Positions 61,415 to 64,000 of a stretch of DNA of 64,000 bases are shown piece by piece. The translations under genes and the position numbers were made by a program. The stretch lies in assembly GCA_963662795.1 (NCBI GenBank), contig OY759746.1, positions 1,824,001 to 1,888,000 of the forward strand, in the 5' to 3' direction. The DNA is from Spirochaetia bacterium (GTDB lineage Bacteria; Spirochaetota; Spirochaetia; CADAEX01). Every line of letters begins with the position of its first letter. Positions within the stretch are counted from its first letter, which is position 1. The notes under the pieces were generated by a model. That model did not search any database. It worked only from the letters and a program-made list of their open reading frames with translations, and was not told the DNA's origin.

Positions 61415-62128
61415 ATGAAAATATTAACATGGAATTGTAATATGGCATTTCGAAGAAAATATGAAATCTTAAAAGATTTTCAACCGGATATTGCTGTAAT
61501 ACAAGAATGTGAAAACAGCAGTGTCTTAGAAAAGTTTAAAAATGAAATAAATTATTCAGATATATTATGGTATGGTCATAATAAAAATAAAGGCTTATGT
61601 ATCCTGACTTTTGATAAATACTACATAAAAGATATAATTCAAAAAGAAGATTTCAAGTATGTCCTTCCTGTTAAAATTGGTAATGATATATTTTCGATGA
61701 AATTAATAGCTGTATGGACACAATTTGTAAATAAAAATATTTATGAAAGCTATGTTGTTCAGGCTACAAGAGCATTTCAATATTACAGAAAAGCATTGGA
61801 GCAGGAAGATATTTTTATAATAGGAGATTTTAACAGTAATTCGATCTGGGATAATGAATCTCCAAAAGAATACACACATTCACAAATGGTAGATTTGCTG
61901 AAACAAGAAAAAATTGAAAGTATTTATCATTTTTTAAAAAAAGAAAAACACGGAAAAGAAACAATTCCTACATTATTTTTTCAGAAGAATATAAATAAAA
62001 CATATCATATCGATTATTGTTTTTGTAAAATATCGAGAATGAATAAAATTAGAGATTTCAGAATTGGAGAATATGACAAATATATCACCAAAAGTGATCA
62101 TATGCCTCTGTTTATTGAAATAGAATAG
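61415..62128 (+). CDS. Endonuclease/exonuclease/phosphatase (EEP) family protein (cassette 24)
   Basis: LTWNC, IQEC, GDFNS, HIDY, SDHMPL. Confidence 0.88.
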   Translation: MKILTWNCNMAFRRKYEILKDFQPDIAVIQECENSSVLEKFKNEINYSDILWYGHNKNKGLCILTFDKYYIKDIIQKEDFKYVLPVKIGNDIFSMKLIAVWTQFVNKNIYESYVVQATRAFQYYRKALEQEDIFIIGDFNSNSIWDNESPKEYTHSQMVDLLKQEKIESIYHFLKKEKHGKETIPTLFFQKNINKTYHIDYCFCKISRMNKIRDFRIGEYDKYITKSDHMPLFIEIE

Positions 62129-62182
62129 AAATATTGACAATTCTCACGAAGTACAATATATTGTACAATAAGGAGAAAGGAA

Positions 62183-62440
62183 ATGGATGCTGTAACATAT
62201 TCGGATTTAAGACAAAATCTGAAATCTTATTTAGACAGAGTTTACCATGATCATGATCCGATGATTATAACAAGAAAAAATAATGAAAATCTTGTTTTAC
62301 TTTCAATTGCAGAATATAACAGTCTGATTGAAACAAGTTACTTATTAAGCAATGAGGCTAATGCAATGCACCTTAAAAAATCAATAGAGCAGCTTAATGC
62401 CGGAAAGGTTGAAGAAAAGGAATTACTGGCAGATGAATAA
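62183..62440 (+). CDS. yefM: Phd/YefM antitoxin (cassette 24)
   Basis: YSDLRQNLK, IITRK, ETSYLLS; TTGACA and GTACAATATATTGTAC palindrome upstream. Confidence 0.9.
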   Translation: MDAVTYSDLRQNLKSYLDRVYHDHDPMIITRKNNENLVLLSIAEYNSLIETSYLLSNEANAMHLKKSIEQLNAGKVEEKELLADE

Positions 62441-62693
62441 ACTATTCACAGATGAGGCATGGAAAGACTATTTATATTGGTTTGAAAATGATAAGAAGCA
62501 ATTAAAAAAGATTAATGATCTTATAAAAGAGATTGAAAGGTCTCCATTTTCTGGAATAGGCAAGCCGGAATCATTAAAATTTAATCTAAAAGGATTTTGG
62601 TCAAGAAGAATAGATCATGAACATAGAATAGTGTATCAGGTAGAAGGATCTCAGCTTAGAATAATATCTTTAAGATATCATTACGAAAAATAA
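62433..62693 (+). CDS. yoeB: Txe/YoeB toxin (cassette 24)
   Basis: AWKDYLYW, GIGKPE, WSRRIDHEHR, RYHY. Confidence 0.92.
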   Translation: MNKLFTDEAWKDYLYWFENDKKQLKKINDLIKEIERSPFSGIGKPESLKFNLKGFWSRRIDHEHRIVYQVEGSQLRIISLRYHYEK

Positions 62694-62771
62694 TAAAGCA
62701 AATAATTAAAAAAAGGAAGAAGTCCGGCCTTGGCGTTGCCGTGCGGCCTGGACAAGAAGGGGACGTACTGC

Positions 62772-62942
62772 TGCTAACAGAGGATAATTCGCTACGCTCG
62801 GAGTACCTCGCTTGGCCTACGGCACACATCGTAGGTTTGATCTGCAATTTTTAAAAACAATAAGTTTTGGATAAAAAATATTGTAACTTTGAAATACTAG
62901 TTCTTTGGCTACGATGCGTCGCTTATCCTCAAGACGTTAGCA
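62772..62942 (+). repeat. attC-like site 24 (171 bp)
   Basis: TGCTAAC...CCTCAAGAC-GTTAGCA. Confidence 0.88.
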
Positions 62943-63047
62943 GCAATGCCCCCGCCAGGAGGAGAGCTGCGTGCCGTCCTGGCACGCAAAGAAAAAAATA
63001 AGTGTTTGATATCTATTGAAAGTGTGAACATGTAAAAATCTTACTTT

Positions 63048-63300
63048 TTGAAAAAAGGTTTAAATTCAGTATTTCATAAATCCAAAATAATTGTAGAAAT
63101 TGAGGAAGAACGGGTTAAAATAGTTATAAAGCAAAAGAACAAGGCTAATTTAGAAAAGATGCTTAAGAACATAGATATTAATATTCTTCATGGCGAAATA
63201 GAAACAGAAAGCCCAGAGGGGAAAGAAATATGGTAAAGAAAGACTATGGTACAGAAAGAAAGGAAGGTTGTATCCATTAGAATTGAAGAAATAAAATAAG
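63048..63300 (+). pseudogene. Decayed mazEF pair (cassette 25)
   Basis: LHGEIETESPEGKEIW and ATGGTAAAGAAAGACTAT match the mazE end/mazF start at 53620-53700; toxin frame broken. Confidence 0.7.
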
Positions 63301-63488
63301 AAAATTGATGGAGTAATATTGTCAGAACAGTTTAAAATCTTTAATTAGAAAAAGAGTAAAACTTAGTTTATAGAAAAACCAAAAAGAAGAAGAAATAGAT
63401 AAAAAGTGTATTGATATGTGAGTAGAAATCCCTGAATAAGAAATCAATCTGCCGTCCATGGCAGCTTGATTGAGGCGGGGGACACTGC

Positions 63489-63642
63489 AGCTAACAGCGA
63501 ATGGCCGGTTTCGACTGTTTCTAAGGAAACAGCCTCCACCCAAATTGCCGAAATAAATCATGGTAAGAATAATGTTATAGAGTATAAACTTTTAGAGTTA
63601 AAAACACCATCGGCAACTTCGGTCATTCGCGGGACGTTATCC
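63489..63642 (+). repeat. attC-like site 25 (154 bp)
   Basis: Same family as sites 17/18. Confidence 0.88.
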
Positions 63643-63798
63643 ACAATATCATCGCAAGAGAAAATCGCCCGGACCTCCGGCCAACGTGCGAAGAAAATAA
63701 AATCTGCTGTATAATATATTTTATACATACCATATATAGTTTTCTAGTTATTTAATATATTAAATGCGCAGAAATATTATCATGTGGTGAGGTGAAAA

Positions 63799-64000
63799 AT
63801 GATAGTAAGTAATGAAACTGGTGAAAATCAATATCCTAAAGGTTCCGAATGGCGTAAGTGGGATTTACATATTCATTCAAACGCATCAGATGGTAATATG
63901 ACATGTGAAGAAATTATTGAAGAAGCAAAAAGAAAAGATATATCAGTCATTGGTCTAACTGACCATCATACTTCAAAAAATATTGATATAATTAAAAAAA
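63799..64000 (+). CDS. PHP-domain protein, N-terminus only (TrlF/Ppl-like), cassette 26; truncated by window
   Basis: Own translation: MIVSNETGENQYPKGSEWRKWDLHIHSNASDG...VIGLTDHH. Confidence 0.75.
   Translation, partial: MIVSNETGENQYPKGSEWRKWDLHIHSNASDGNMTCEEIIEEAKRKDISVIGLTDHHTSKNIDIIKK

Larger units (their letters stand above)
22782..64000 (+). mobile_element. Chromosomal integron-like gene-cassette array (>=26 cassettes, continues past window end)
   Basis: 25 regularly spaced AAC...GTT palindromic attC-like sites separating co-oriented AT-rich genes downstream of a tyrosine recombinase. Confidence 0.92.

Noticed and set aside
24868-63642. Repeats as a CRISPR array (including GTTTTAGAG resembling a Cas9 repeat start in sites 12, 13 and 20)
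   Set aside because: Repeats are 83-192 bp, separated by gene-sized units, bounded by AAC/GTT; no cas genes; the 9-mer match is short and AT-rich
23951-63660. Cassette terminal inverted repeats as transposon/MITE TIRs or retron a1/a2 arms
   Set aside because: No target-site duplications, ends coincide exactly with attC GTT/AAC cores, and no reverse transcriptase or cognate transposase is in the window (one elsewhere cannot be excluded)
25730-63714. Recurrent small ORFs over the repeats (e.g. ...WRSASSTGRSPSDHRERSEIIAV..., ...RPSEVLRAQRIILC...)
   Set aside because: They recur only because the attC/envelope DNA repeats; starts, stops and frames are inconsistent

Overview
Bacterial chromosome segment, probably from a spirochaete (inferred from the Spirochaetaceae-type 'VFAGGNSE' solute-binding-protein leader and a spirochaete-like FlgC motif). 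Bases 1-22.6 kb hold ordinary metabolic genes: an HD-GYP signalling protein, a 2-oxoacid:ferredoxin oxidoreductase operon, a GntR-controlled TRAP/sugar-acid catabolic cluster, an XRE-cupin/acyl-CoA synthetase pair and an alanine/glycine symporter. From 22.8 kb to the window end is a large integron-like system. A tyrosine recombinase that lacks the IntI-specific insertion but has an extra N-terminal domain is followed, in the same orientation, by an attI-like site (G|TT at 23951) and at least 26 AT-rich cassettes separated by 25 attC-like sites of 83-192 bp. Cargo is mostly toxin-antitoxin and candidate defence genes, plus one IS21. The most unusual feature is the envelope around every complete cassette: a ~20-bp cassette-specific terminal inverted repeat (13 covarying variants) extending the R'/R'' core, plus a GC-rich hairpin inside each end. 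The structural bias points to the single-stranded bottom strand. Cassettes with the same terminal repeat tend to be neighbours, and some envelopes enclose foreign or decayed attC sites and a second integrase. All family calls come from motifs read by eye; no database search was run.
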